From: Antedon mediterranea
Lineage: Eukaryota; Animalia; Echinodermata
NCBI RefSeq assembly: GCF_964355755.1
Contig: NC_092674.1
Coordinates: forward strand, 31,062,001-31,126,000
DNA: 64,000 nt
Reading direction: 5' to 3'
Part shown: positions 1 to 13,580 of the stretch, one piece after another
How the letters are laid out: the number at the start of each line of letters is the position of its first letter
Position numbering within the stretch: the first letter of the stretch is position 1
Made by a program: the position numbers and the translations under genes
The notes under the pieces: model-generated
The model's input: only the letters and a program-made list of their open reading frames with translations
Told to the model about the DNA's origin: nothing
Databases searched by the model: none

Positions 1-1249
1 AGGCTGGTTTTGTTTTGACTGTAATCTTTCATGGAAGGCATATCTACTATAAAGTAGATTTTATATATTTGGTTCTGACATATAAACGACGTACATAGCT
101 CATTAATTCTAATTCTTTTAAAATCCAATAACAGTTTGTTTGTCCAGATTGTTGTGGCAATGTGATATATAACACGTCAGTAGCATAGTTTACATGTGCA
201 TGTTTTACTCGTTTATTTTCTTGCTTGTAATTTAATTTGTGAGTGATAACATTACAATTTATTTGTCCAGTTAAGTACTTTTTAAACAAAAATATACAAC
301 ACCTCTTCTTTGCTCAGAGATCTGGAACCAACTTCCTCTTTCCATTCGTTACGCTCCATCCACTTTTCAATTCAAATCTCTCCCGAAAACTCATCTATTT
401 CAGTAGTTATTCTTTTCATGTTGCGCTGTGAGATTCCGGTAAAGAGTGCTTTAGGAATGTTCGATATTATTATTATTTACTTATTTTAATACACCTCTTT
501 CATTCGTTTATTTTCTTATTTATAATTTTAGAATAATGCTCATTGTGTAGCGATTACACACATTTTACAACGGCACGCCATTAAGAACTAGTTCACTTGA
601 TTCATAATGTGCTTGCACTCTCACAAAAAGGTCATATATACTCATTAAATGATACATTTTGCGTAATATTCCCTCTGCTTGATGATAAAAAACGACTGAC
701 ATTTGGTCTTTGATGATTTACACGCAGTTGTCAGTTAACGAACTTTTTGTCTCTAAAGTTTTCTAAAATCATACAAGCAATGAAATTGGTGATTAGCTAA
801 CCCTTTACATTATCATGTGTTAAAGAACATTCAGAGTAATACTTGTAACAACATTTTATATTATATGATTGCTAGATTCTGTAAAATGCTTAATAAATAT
901 ATGTACATACAGAGTACTCTATTTTGATAAAATGCTTATTTGTCCTTTTTGTTTTGTTTTTTTGCTTTTAGTACGAAAGATACTTTATTTAGTATTCCTT
1001 GTCAATCATTAGTATAATGAGTAAATTAAAATTTGAATTAAAATTCGAATTAAAATTCTTCTATATCTTCTGTATGGCATCAATATCATGAATAATCAGA
1101 ATCATCATCAACATAAATGTATCATCATCATCAATATAACCATAGGATAATCAGTTTATCAAAATGTCATCATATTAACATCATTATTTTTACTATTCAT
1201 CATCTATATTAATCATTATTATCTTCATACTGTATCATCATTTATATAC

Positions 1250-1580
1250 TGTATCATCATCATCATTATTATCAATATAACCATAGTATAATCAAATTTA
1301 TCATCACATCATCATCATTATTATCAATATAACCATAGTATAATCAAATTTATCATCACATCATCATCATTATTATCAATATAACCATAGTATAATCAAA
1401 TTTATCATTACATCATCATCATTATTATCAATATAACCATAGTATAATCAAATTTATCATTACATCATCATCATTATTATCAATATAACCATAGTATAAT
1501 CAAATTTATTATCACATCATCATCATTATTATCAATATAACCATAGTATAATCAAATTTATCATCACATCAACATCATTA
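1250..1580. repeat. Minisatellite, 52-bp unit, about 6 copies, in ATC-rich low-complexity DNA
   Basis: CCATAG recurs at 1281, 1333, 1385, 1437, 1489 and 1541. Confidence 0.92.
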
Positions 1581-2086
1581 TTCTTCCCTTTCATCATCTA
1601 TATTAATCATTATTATCTTCATACTTGTTAACGTAATGCCAACATTGTTATCAAAGTAGTACAAAACATATATCGTTTCTCATTAATTAAAATGTGTGTG
1701 AATATATGTGAGTATTAGCTAGAATGTGTTTCTTTGCTTATAACACACTAATGTAATTGCTGTATATATTATTTTTGCTTAATAAGAATTCTCAGTGACA
1801 GGTCAGAATTTGTTGTCTTCAATTTGATCATTCTTTATAAGCTTGTTGTATTTATGTATTCGTGTCAGGTATAATATTATGTATTGTGTATCCTTCTTCC
1901 TATATATAAAATTACTTGATAAGCCTTTGAATTAGGATTTTAAAGTATGGTTTTTGTTTTTGCTTATGCATGGTCCTGTTTTCATTGTGTTAGTATTTTG
2001 TATATCTGTTGATTCATCATTCACACCTGATATGAAACACCCCTCAAATTTATAAATTCTTGAAAACCACTTAAAAGAAATCCTTA

Positions 2087-2237
2087 AATGTTATGTGCCC
2101 ATACATGGACATGATGATGTCATATTTCTACCATATTTGGGCATATCACTACCATATTTGGGCATATCACTACAATATTTAGGCATATCACTACTGTACC
2201 ATGTTTGGGCACATCATACTTTTGTTTGATAGTGTGT
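2087..2237 (+). mobile_element. MITE family A, degenerate copy lacking intact ends
   Basis: Has GGACATGATGATGTCATAT, 21-bp CATATCACTACCATATTTGGG units and a partial TTTGATAGTG end, matching 28371-28592. Confidence 0.8.
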
Positions 2238-3134
2238 ATTTTGTGTGTAAAGGATTTTGAATGATGCTGTACAACTATATGTACAGTATAAAATGTATGC
2301 TAATATACTCCATCATTGTCAAATGCTACATCATGAACAATCTAAAATCTAAATCTATTCAAATTACCATAATAGCAAAATACATAATTTAATATAATTA
2401 TCATTAATATTAACTGTCAATGTTTATCTGAGCAACTCAACACATCCGCTAACATTAATCATTTTAAGTGTGTGTCTTACATTGATTATCTTGAAGTAAA
2501 AGTATGTGGCGTACTGGTTAAGATGCCAGACATTATATTACTGGGTCATAGGTTCAACCATTCTTTCATTCATTCAATTTTTTCATTTTCTATTCAATTA
2601 ATTTTCCTCCATGTTATATATTATTTTTTTCTAATTCCCATAAAAATTGAAAAACAGAAAATAAATGATAAATTGTCATCTCTTCTTCAAATGACATCTT
2701 TGAATTTATATAAAAATGTGAAATTTTTATTTGAGCAAGTTTGTTTTCAATAAAAAATCTGAATTACAATCTCATATTTTGGAAAATTTCCAAAAGCCCA
2801 ATGAATCCATCTATCCCAATAAAATAGATATTGGAAAAATGGTATTGATAATTTGTCATCGTTTGGAATTCGGTTCCTCGTTTTATCACATAATGATTGA
2901 CTGCAACCATTTCTGACCATAAACTAGAAACGAATGAAAGTTCAAAAAAGAGCTGAAAATATCCGTGTAATCACAAAGATGTATTACATTAAAAAACATG
3001 ACTATATTCAGATTTATGCTGCGTTGTTCTATTTAATGTTGTTGCTTCTAAAAGTCGGATAAAAAACTTTTTCTTCTAGTAGAATTTTTAACTTTTTTCT
3101 TTCTAAACATTTGTAAAATGGATGGTGTGTGTAA

Positions 3135-3310
3135 GGGCCAATTTACACAGACGAACGGTAATAGTAATAAAATGTAGAATCAGTGTTATTCCTTATGATC
3201 ATTTTACACACAGTGCGGAGTGGATGGGCGGTTTCCGCTCAGGATAGACACGTGGGACAAGTTATGCGGTCTCCCGCTTTCCGTTACCGCTCGTCTGTGT
3301 AAATTGGCCT
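3135..3310. mobile_element. PIF/Harbinger (Tourist)-like MITE
   Basis: TIR of about 26 bp: GGGCCAATTTACACAGACGAACGGTAA / TTACCGCTCGTCTGTGTAAATTGGCCT. Flanked on both sides by TAA. Confidence 0.8.
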
Positions 3311-4702
3311 TAAAGGAAGGAATTACTATGTTATACAGGTGCTTCCTATGGAGAAGGTGGATTCTTTTTATTTTATATGTCAAAATGTTTGATTTGGTAG
3401 TATTGTGGTCCACATTTTTATAACAATGAATCATTTGTTTTTAATGTCACAAAAAGACAACAAATTATATAATAATTAGTCTTGGCACTGCAGACTCAAG
3501 GATAAATTATCAATTTACTCAATAAAAATAGCACAAGTTTTGATTGAAACAGACACAACAGAATGTATCGCCCCCAAGAGACTCGAGCCTTTTGTTGTAA
3601 AAATTGATTTGCATACTTTTTTTATTGTAATTGATTGATAGTTACATTTTAAATGCTCAGAATGTTCGCTCCGTTGACATTCTGCGTTCTACGCTATGAC
3701 TCTCCTGCGAGATTTTAACCTATATATATGTTACAATCAATTTCTGTATCATCTTCTTATCTTCATAAACTATGACATATGGGTCCATGAATATCAAAGT
3801 AAATTAATTTAGAATGCTCTGTCTGTGCATTCATATGTTTATGAGGTTGGTTGTATCAATTGTCTTTCTTTCCACAAAGTTTGGTTAGAAATCAGCACCA
3901 GAAAAGTTTTTTTTCCCATTTTTTTACTGTTTTTCAAAGTTATTACTAAATACATAGTTACTATCAAATGTCAATGGTATTTCCCTAGACCTTGGTTTTG
4001 CCATAGAGCAAAAATTGTGAAAGGTTGATCTGCACGGTACCCATGGCTCTATAAAAACTCACTGCAAGGTATGGTTATGATTCAGCCAATATTTAGTTAA
4101 TATTTTCCATTATAGAACACATTATTACTGATACTTACTCACTATTTTTTTACTTTTGAAGTTTGCCTAAAGATACAAAACAGCCAATATCATCCCCATT
4201 ATCTTGCATTGTTATAATCATACCATAAGAGCATTGTTAAAGATAAAAGCAAAGAAAATAGTACAAATATGATTCATATAGATTTGATCCAATGAAGCAT
4301 TCTGTTAAATTATAGATAAACAGTGATAGATGCCGGTGCATCAGGGACCAGTTGACTGAACATACTAAGTATCATAACAGCAAACTCTTAAAATTTCTGA
4401 TTGCAAACTTTCAACGATTTCTCAAGAATTAAACTATTTACTTATTAAATAAATAAATGGCAAAATCAAATGCACTTTAGGTTTTAATTTTAACCATCTC
4501 CTTTAAGTGTCTTCTTTAGTAAGTTATTGTACAACATATTTAGGAAAGACAGTGTGCGTAGTACCAGCTGGATCCAGGTACCTCCAAAATTTGAGGTGCT
4601 GGGTGGGGTCAATAGATTTTATATACTGTACACTGGGGATATCAATCGTCGTTTGGATGAGTTTAGAATCTAACTGACTTCTTTTATCTAGGTGCTGTGA
4701 TA

Positions 4703-4858
4703 AGCTCTGTCTACACTATCAAACTAGTTTGACAAAAAAGGAGTGAAGCCCAAATATAGTAGTGATATGCTTAAATATGGTAGTGATATGACATCATCAT
4801 ATCCATATATGGGCACATCACATTTTTTGTCACAAAGTTTGATAGTATAGACAGAGCT
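4703..4858 (-). mobile_element. MITE family A, full-length copy
   Basis: TIRs AGCTCTGTCTACACTATCAAACT / AGTTTGATAGTATAGACAGAGCT, with internal 21-bp units in reverse orientation. Confidence 0.9.
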
Positions 4859-6610
4859 TTAAACAAAACTGCCAGCCATTTAAATTTCTTACTGTCAAAT
4901 CTTACATCTCTATTTAGAAGCATGTTGCAAAATAGTAACATTAAACATGCACATATGACTGGTGCTCATTTATAATGAGATATGTTTCTGCAATCATTGT
5001 TAACTGTGACTATGAATTAAGATTATACAATTGACATAATTTGCATAAGTATCGCAGTTTTCAAAATCTAATTATAGTCATTAGTGTCTGTGCCATCATT
5101 CAAAGAAAACTGTGTTTTGAATGAGTATAGCGCCCTCTTACAGTTGGTGATTTTGAGTCCAGATACTAATATTTCTTGATCAGTAGGACTGTAAAGCAAT
5201 TAAACCTGCATTGGTTATTAATAACTGATTAATACATTTAAGCAAAATTGTTTTGACAAAATGTATTAATCAGTTATCGGTTTTTTCCACATATCTATCC
5301 AATATGGACTAAATATTTGATTTAACTTTTAACCTGTATAAGCTAGGTAGTTTAATTGTTTTCTTGAAATTTTTATTCCGTATATTTTATCTTGGTGTAT
5401 ATTAACTTGAAGAAATCTGTTTCAAATCATGTTTTTATGTGTGTTTGATAAAAATAAAAAATGAAAATTCTACCGAAATTAAACTTTTACTACAGAATTA
5501 ATAACCTTTGATAACCTATAACAACATGTCTAACAAATTCCAATTAAAAGGAAACTTCAGATTTATCCATGCATCGGAAATGTACCGTCATGCGAAACCG
5601 TCAAATTGTTCCCAATACGTGAGATATAATTATGTTGAATTTTCAAAGTTAGCCAAGCTCTACGAATTATATAGGCTTTGATATCTGTTAGTATGCGAAC
5701 GTCAGCATTTAATTCTGAACTACTTTGTAATGTTTTTCAATTTTTTCTGTTAAAATGTAGAACAGTTACCTTTTACAAATAAACAATCTCATTTTTCCTT
5801 GTTGTAATCATAGATGTAGTTAGGAATGTAATATAGACCTGTTTTTTTCTGTTTAAGAAATCTGTTTATTATGCTAAAAAGTAGGCTTGAATTAAAGGAT
5901 GGATGACTAAATATATTCAAACTGAATGAAGCCTTTAATAGGTTTGTAGAAGGATTTACATTCATTTATTCCTCCATTCTCTTTCTGCTGCAGAATGGAA
6001 CACAAGCATAGCACTATCAAAATAGTTTGAACTCTCGGCGTGATTACATGCTGATTTCTTTTGTTGTTAAATGTCTATATGGTATAACTGACCTGTTCAT
6101 GTATCGTCGAAGGTGTCTCGGTCAATGCAAGGCATTCCGACTCGCTTTTGTTTAGACACAAATTCGCTCGCACCACAGCCTTTAGTAATTCTGTCAATTT
6201 ATTTCCACGTGTGTGGGCAGTTTTTCCTGATGATGTAAGAAATTCAGCATTTGAGGTCTCCTTAACATGCTTTTTTTCGAAAATCCGACATTACCTCACT
6301 GAAACTGAAAGAGATGCTGTTTCCAATTTTTAATCTTTTTATGTTTTAAATTTGTATATTTATGTACTTATCCCTTCTACTCATTTTGAGTCTTAAGATA
6401 CTTTTTTTTAACTTGTACAAATGTTTTACTTGGTGCAATATTTTTTGTATTTCGATGTTTTTTAAGGGGCGACTGACTCTTTGAGTTATAGTAATTGTTT
6501 TGCTTTAGTTGCACCTGACCATTGTGCTCTGTTTCTGTTCTATTCTGTTTCTGTGTTTTGGTCGAATAAAAAATAAAATGAAAAAATGACAAAAAAAGGT
6601 TTAATGTTAT

Positions 6611-6668
6611 TAAATATGGCAGTGTTATTTCCAAATATGGCAGTGATATGACATCACATTTTTTTGTC
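6611..6668 (-). mobile_element. MITE family A internal fragment
   Basis: AAATATGGCAGTG..CCAAATATGGCAGTGATATGACATCACATTTTTTTGTC resembles the family A interior. Confidence 0.6.
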
Positions 6669-7439
6669 TAACCAACCACGTTTGCCAGGGCAGCACAAAT
6701 ATACTAAAAAGTCATTCTATAAATTCTAGAGTGGTAATCATGTAGCTAACAGTTCATAAACTGCGATTGTAAATTTTTTTCTCAATTACATCCATAAATT
6801 TGATTCTATGAATAAATTATTCTATCGAGTTAAGTTAAATTCATTAACTGGAATAATTAAGTAGTAATGGATATTATGAGGTTTGTGATAAATATTTTAA
6901 TATAATTTACTATATTATCTGGCAACCATCTTACGATATTTCAAGTTTATGAGTTTATTGCGTAGTATACTGTGTATCTAGTGGGAGGTCATCCAAGTTA
7001 CGATTTCTGTTTGGTGCGAGTAGTTTTTTTGTGATTTATGGTCAATTTTGAAATTGATGTTTTTATCGATTGACTGGCAGTACACTACGATTCACATGGT
7101 AGAAAATGGATTAGGTTTTACATTCCATGTTTATTGAGAATTACTACAACCAGCATCACATGACTAACTTGCTTTAAAGGAATCATTTTAAACAACTTGG
7201 AAAATGTTTTACAGCAGTGAAACGTGAAAAATTATATGTAAAACACATCAATTGAAAAAGTGATAAAGCATTTTTTAAATTACTAAATGATACATCAAGA
7301 TTATTAATTTTTATTTATGTTTTTTTAATTAATTAATTTCATTTACAATTACATCTAACTCTGTAAAATGCCAATTACAGATTGGTTACTGTTCATGCAT
7401 ATGCTTCCCTTCTTCAGGTATGGGCCTACATCATTCTTG

Positions 7440-7470
7440 CTTTACCCAGTGTATAAATGGGTACTGGCAT
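7440..7470 (+). mobile_element. Probable SINE central-domain remnant
   Basis: TTTACCCAGTGTATAAATGGGTACTGGC resembles a motif I recall from metazoan tRNA-derived SINE cores. A related fragment lies at about 21016-21040. Confidence 0.4.
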
Positions 7471-10400
7471 AAATTCTGAGTACACAAGATGGATTAATGT
7501 CCTCTTCATGCCACTGTGAAATAGCCAGGACACACGTGTTTATTGTAAATCTAGTTATTTTAGTTCGTAATCTAATATATTGTTATGTTGTTTGAAGCTA
7601 TCTTATACAGTATAATACATATTTATATAGGTTATATAATTCAATGAATACAGTTCTTCTAGCTGGGAATTCATTAGTGGATTAGTATGTAGATTGGAAT
7701 AGCAGAGTCATTGCACTAAATCTATTAATATTCAAATACAATTCTGTTTAATACCCAATTGTACTGTATTCAAAGTATGTGATGCTATAGTTCCATCATA
7801 TTTACTATATTTCATTATACATTATGCTTGCTATCAATTAAAAAGGTCTTGATCTAAAAAGTAATAATTATAGATTAATTTAGAAGATTATTATTATTAA
7901 AAACTGGAGTGTCAATTTTCGTATAACTTTTTTTTAAACACTTTCATGTATCTATACTCTCTTTTTTTTTAAGATCAAAGAGACAATTTTTCTTTTAGGC
8001 CCTATGCAAGTTAATCACCATTATCATATATATAAATTCTAATAAATAGCAAATGTGTTTTCTATCTGTTTAGGCAACTATCCTCCATGGTTATTATGAC
8101 TTCCATACATTTAGTTGAAAATTCAAGATGATAAAAAAAGCTGCAGAGCCTGAAAATACGGTAGCCGTCTTTAACCAAATTTTATTCCTTAAAGTACTTG
8201 AATTTACTGCCTTGTTCAGGATGAAATTGTATATTTTAGTTATCTCTTAAGTGATTGCAATAATACGTCGTGGAATATATACGCTAGCCGGTTGAAGCGC
8301 ATCTGTTATGGAAAAATCTCTGGTTACCTTTTTATCGTTAAATTCATTTTTTATAGCTTTTACGGTTTCGATTATCTAGAAAACCAAATATATGTCAAAG
8401 TTCAACAAAGAATGTTTTTTAATAGTGCCTTGGGAATTGATTGTAGAATTTTACCCATCATTAATTGTTGTGAACGTTGGTTGCACGCTGTATCTACACG
8501 CTGCTGTGGTTATAGCGCAATCGGCCTTAGTCGGTACATATGTGAGGCCTACTAGATTTATAGGATCGTCATGGATGATTAAAAAAAGATGTCAACAAAA
8601 AGCTTTGAAGTTGTACCAAGCAACCTGTTAATTTAGTTTTTCTGGTTCGTATATACCCTTCCCTTACGTCAAGATTATCTACACTCCACCCGACCCTTGA
8701 ACTCACGCGAACTCAGAACCCATTCCAGTTATTAACTCCTTCTGCATATGATATTATGAAACCACAGCACAATACATTCAAAATAATAATGTATGTTGTG
8801 ACCTCGTACCAGTATACATTTTGGTTGTCGGTTTTCACAAGTGAATTCAGATGCTGATGTTGAAAGTACCATCAACCATGTATTCATATCTTTTCTAACA
8901 TTAATGTCCATGTAACATGAATTATGTTTTAATGTTATGCCTAATTATTGATTATTATTGTCACTCGCATTAAATGCCTATCTTCTTGGTCGATTATGTT
9001 GTGATTAAATGTTCTCTATGCTAGTTTTTCGTTAACCAAACCTAGGCCCATAATTATTTGGATTTAAAGAAATATATAAATCAACATTCCGAGACATTGA
9101 TTACTGACAATCAATAATTGAAAATAAGAAAATGCATCCAATTGATTGGTTATCATACAGTAATATTGAAAGTTAGTATCTTCATCTGTTCTGACAATAA
9201 AACACTACAGTCACTGAGCAACTAGCGGCAAATGTTGCGGAACCCATTTGTCTTCCTGAATAAATTTTCCTTGTAGATAAATAATCGACTAGTACGAGCT
9301 TTGAACCAATGACCTTTTGTTTCATAGCCTTTACCATGATACTATTAAACAGAAGATAATGTGTGACTTCCTGTAATTAGGATATCTTAATGAGTTTCTT
9401 CAATGGTTGCTAATTAATGCTTTTCTAAGTGTACAGTATTACCACCTGAGCCATTTTTGTTTACAGTCACCTGTACAAGAGAAACTAAATCAATAAAGAA
9501 ATTATTATTTTGTGGTTACCTGGTAGCATGACTTTAACCAAAAATCTTGGAAAAAAGTGCCACTACAATCGCCATATTTTGACACTTTTTATTTCTATTT
9601 GTTTTAAATTTTAAATATTTTCAATAATGGGATGATTGTATTCCTTGACCGACTATGGACAGCCAATGGTGACATATTTGCAAATGAATGCAGTGACCAT
9701 TGATGTCAATGTTGAGCAATCACAGTTTTTCAATACTCTGCGATTTCAAAATATAGACAGCCAATGGTGACATATTTGCAAATATAATTGCAGATGGACA
9801 ATGGTTGACATTGGCAGCTTGGCAATCACAATGCTCATTATTCCACTGGTTTTTTACTTTAAGTTTCCTATTTGTTGTCGGTGCCTTTATTGTGAGCGAG
9901 GTCAAACTAAATTGAGATGGAGAAACCTCATTAGGGGTAGATGAATTAATTAATCAATTGTCATCTCTCAGTGGTCAGCTTATTATATGAAAGCTATATT
10001 GCATTTTTCATGTCTTGGTTTTATTCTGAACTTTTTTTGGTGAATAAATGATTTACTTTTAATATATTAGGATTTGTTGAGGTTGAAATGAAAAGAATAT
10101 TAAGACATTTGGAATTGATAAATTCTTCATGTATTTATAATTTTTTAACTGTTTTCGCTTTTCATTTAAGACAGCCTCCTCAATCAATTATACTCTACAT
10201 ACTCCAATCACAAACTACACTTTTGAATGTTTACACCCATAAATTTAATAAGGGTATATTAAATTGTCATAACTATTTGTTGATTATTTCATAAACCTCA
10301 CACTTTGCTGGCTGAGAAATACTAATGTCTACAAACAACCTTAGAACAAGTAAATCAAAATCTGTTAATAAAATTCTCAATTCTCTTCAATGTACTATAC

Positions 10401-11699
10401 AATATGTACATGATTTTCGTATTCAAAATTTGCTGGTAGAAAAGAAGTATATAATATTGATAAAAGGGAAAGCTTAATTTATCCCAGCTTAAATTATATT
10501 GAAGCATAATGAAGTCATTTATGGTCATTTTAAATTCATAGTGATATAAAAAAAGATCGTAAAATGCCTAACTACATGACGCCTTTGTTTAATGGTGTCA
10601 AGGAAAAAAGAGTTATGGATACATTAAAAATGACTGGGGTGAAAATACCATGTGGGTTAGCTCCCTAAAGTAACACCTATTATGCTCTAACAACACCTAA
10701 TTTTAGTTTCATCCTAGAAAAGTTTAAACTTTTTGAAAGGTAGTAAAATAAGAATTATTGACAAGATAGTAGGCCAGGTTAAACGCTGGCATCGTAAATT
10801 TTTCTGGTAGTCAACTCAAATTATTAGGGTCAGTAAATTTACATTTTTCTCAATTATATCATTAGGTATTCTACTGAATGTGGGTGTTGTTTGTATAATA
10901 GTTTTCATACCAACATTTTAAATAACTATGTTGAGACAGGAATGTCCTGAAGAACTACCAAACATATTATTAAGAATAACATTTTGAGACTTCACTAAGT
11001 CTCTATTCATTTATACATTTATTTAATACTATTGAAACATGTTAACAATATAATCTCAGTGGCAGATCCAGGTATTTCAAATAAGGATGGGGATGGGGCG
11101 AGAACATTACTAAGAAAGGGGTGGATTACCATATAAACAACAACCAAAGTGTCTCCCTTCGTGTTGAGTTGCCACAAAACGGCACTTATTCTTTTTTCAT
11201 GGGTATTGTTATACTTTATGTGTATATAAATACACAGTAACTGGTAATATAGTGTTGGTACACTTGGTTAAACTCTCATGTATTTTTCAATGTTTATACG
11301 TTTAATTTTAAATATATAAACAAAATATCGTATTATTCTCTGCCAGCTTAGACTTTAGGCTGTATGGTTGAAATTCATAATCTTCTTATTCTGCAAATGA
11401 AATGTGATATTCATGAGGAAATAAACTTGTTGAAAGAGGATAGCTTTGCCGTCTCAACATTCATTTTAAAGATTATATATTTTTAAAATATATTTCTGAA
11501 AGGTAAAAGAAAAATAAATATGAATACCGAATGTCGATATTAATACCTGTCAAATGCAAAATGTTGAATATTAGAATCATACTTTTCTGTGTTTTACTTT
11601 TGTATTGTATTCAAGGATTTCTCATTCAAACAGTAGAGTTCAATATTAACAATGCTCCATCTCAACTTTTCCTTTTCTCAAAACCTTCAATGAATTACC

Positions 11700-13268
11700 T
11701 TTTTGGTTATCCGCAACGAAGTTGCAGGATAACCTCTTGTGATTGTACGAAATCATTCTGTATGATTTTTGTGTAACGCTTTTCTCTAAAACTCGCAAAC
11801 ATAACATTTCGGTAACTACCTTAACATATTGACATTTACGTAACGTCGTCAAGCGAAGCTTTTCATGACGTTTACAATTGCGCAACGTGACTTACGCGCG
11901 ATTTAACGATTTTGTCGTATTTAACATAGCTCGACAACCAAATAACATTTCAACTTGAAACTTTGCAAAAGTTTAATTTATATCATGCGCTAACTTTCTG
12001 TTGAAAAAAAATTCCGTGTTTTACACAAAGTTAGGCGCGCACGCGCATTTAAAATTTCAAAATGCGCAAAATTAATTTCTAATCAACTTTCTACGCGTTT
12101 CATGTCGTTTTAAGCATGTCAAAAATTCCCACGCGTGCGCACATTTTTACGTGTGCGGTGCGCACGTAGCATTGAAAACGTATTTTTTTCGCGTGATTTA
12201 TGTTTTTCCAGCCTTTTCTAGTAATTTTACAAAATGTTAAACAATTTCGACTTAAAGATACGTCATACGAGCACGTCGAATTGGACAATTTGCGCGCGTT
12301 TCTTATGAAAAGGTTAAAAAATTCGTTTAAAATATGCCTTTTTTTAAACAGTCGTAATTTCTAAACTAGACGGTCAACTTTTTATGGATGGCATATTCTG
12401 GAAGTAGATGAGTTGTAGATATCGGATCAGGTATTAATATGGCTAACCAGACATTGTGACGTCATCGTATGGCCACGCGAATATAAAATTTAGGATTTTT
12501 GTATCTTTCGTCATAGCTCATCACATTGAATAGAGCGCATCTCCACTTATTCGTTTTTCATTTTCACCCCGATTTTGATATTGTCTGGGTCAATCAACTA
12601 TCTTTCGCATGAGTAAAAAATATTTTAATTTTTTTGACGTCATCATGCCTAAAAATTTAAATCACGTGTGGCATCAATTTCATCTTTACAGTAAATTTTA
12701 ATCTGTTATAGCTCGTAAGAATAAAATGTGATAATCACGATTAAAACTTTTTCTGGAAGCTATTGGATTGTAGATACGAAATTATGTAAAAATGTTGCCA
12801 ATCGGATGTTGTGACGTCATCATATGGCCAGTTAAATAAAAAAGGTCGTATTTTCATCTTTTGCGTCATAATTCATTACATTTAAAAGAGCGCGCATCAA
12901 TATTTCACGTATTCAAATTTCTTCTACACGCTAATACGTTGTTGCTGAGATAATTTCCTTTCGGAATTGCTACCTTCGCGTTTCATTTTAAAACCGTCAA
13001 CATGTTAAAAATTGCAATAAATAGCGGGTCCCGTAATTTCACCTATTCTACACTGTATGTGATATGGATACAGATTATACTGTGTATACTATATATGAAT
13101 TTAAATAATAAAATTCAGCAATAACAACATATCATATTCTTCAGTTCAGGTCATAATGCCAACGTGAACACTTCCTTTTGTCCTCAACCTATCCCCTTAA
13201 TGTTAATGTTGCACCACTTGCGCGGCGGATAACCAAACTCGTCAAAGTGACGAGTTACATGTCTAGTT
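11700..13268 (+). mobile_element. Non-autonomous Helentron/Helitron2-type element (HINE/DINE-1-like)
   Basis: 13-bp subterminal inverted repeats TTTGGTTATCCGC (11702-11714) / GCGGATAACCAAA (13225-13237). 5' hairpin GGTTATCCGCAAC-GAA-GTTGCAGGATAACC. 3' hairpin AACTCGTCA-AAG-TGACGAGTT, then CTAG and TTT. T-run at the left end, CpG-rich interior, no long ORF. Confidence 0.8.
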
Positions 13269-13279
13269 TATTTGATTTC

Positions 13280-13580
13280 TGTTCTTAAAATTCTTCTTGA
13301 AATATGCCAAGTAGAAGTAGGCCTATCTGATATGTTTAAATGTTTTATTTGTTGAAAATTACACTAATTTAAAATGTAATTTTGTAGATATAATTATTTA
13401 ATTTTATGTTCTTTAAATTCTTCTTAAAATGTGTATGCTATGTTTAAAAGGTTTTTATTTGTTGAAAATTACACTTATTTAAAAAATTTAAATGTAATTT
13501 GTAGATATAATTATTTAATTGTATGTTCTTAAAAATCTTTCTTGAAATATGTATATTTTATTTGTTGAAAATTACTAATT
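13280..13580. repeat. Degenerate tandem repeat, unit about 120-130 bp, about 2.5 copies
   Basis: TTTTATTTGTTGAAAATTAC occurs three times and TGTAGATATAATTATTTAATT twice. Confidence 0.75.

Noticed and set aside
300-465. Coding-like minus-strand segment
   Set aside because: It has an in-frame stop and no recognisable family.
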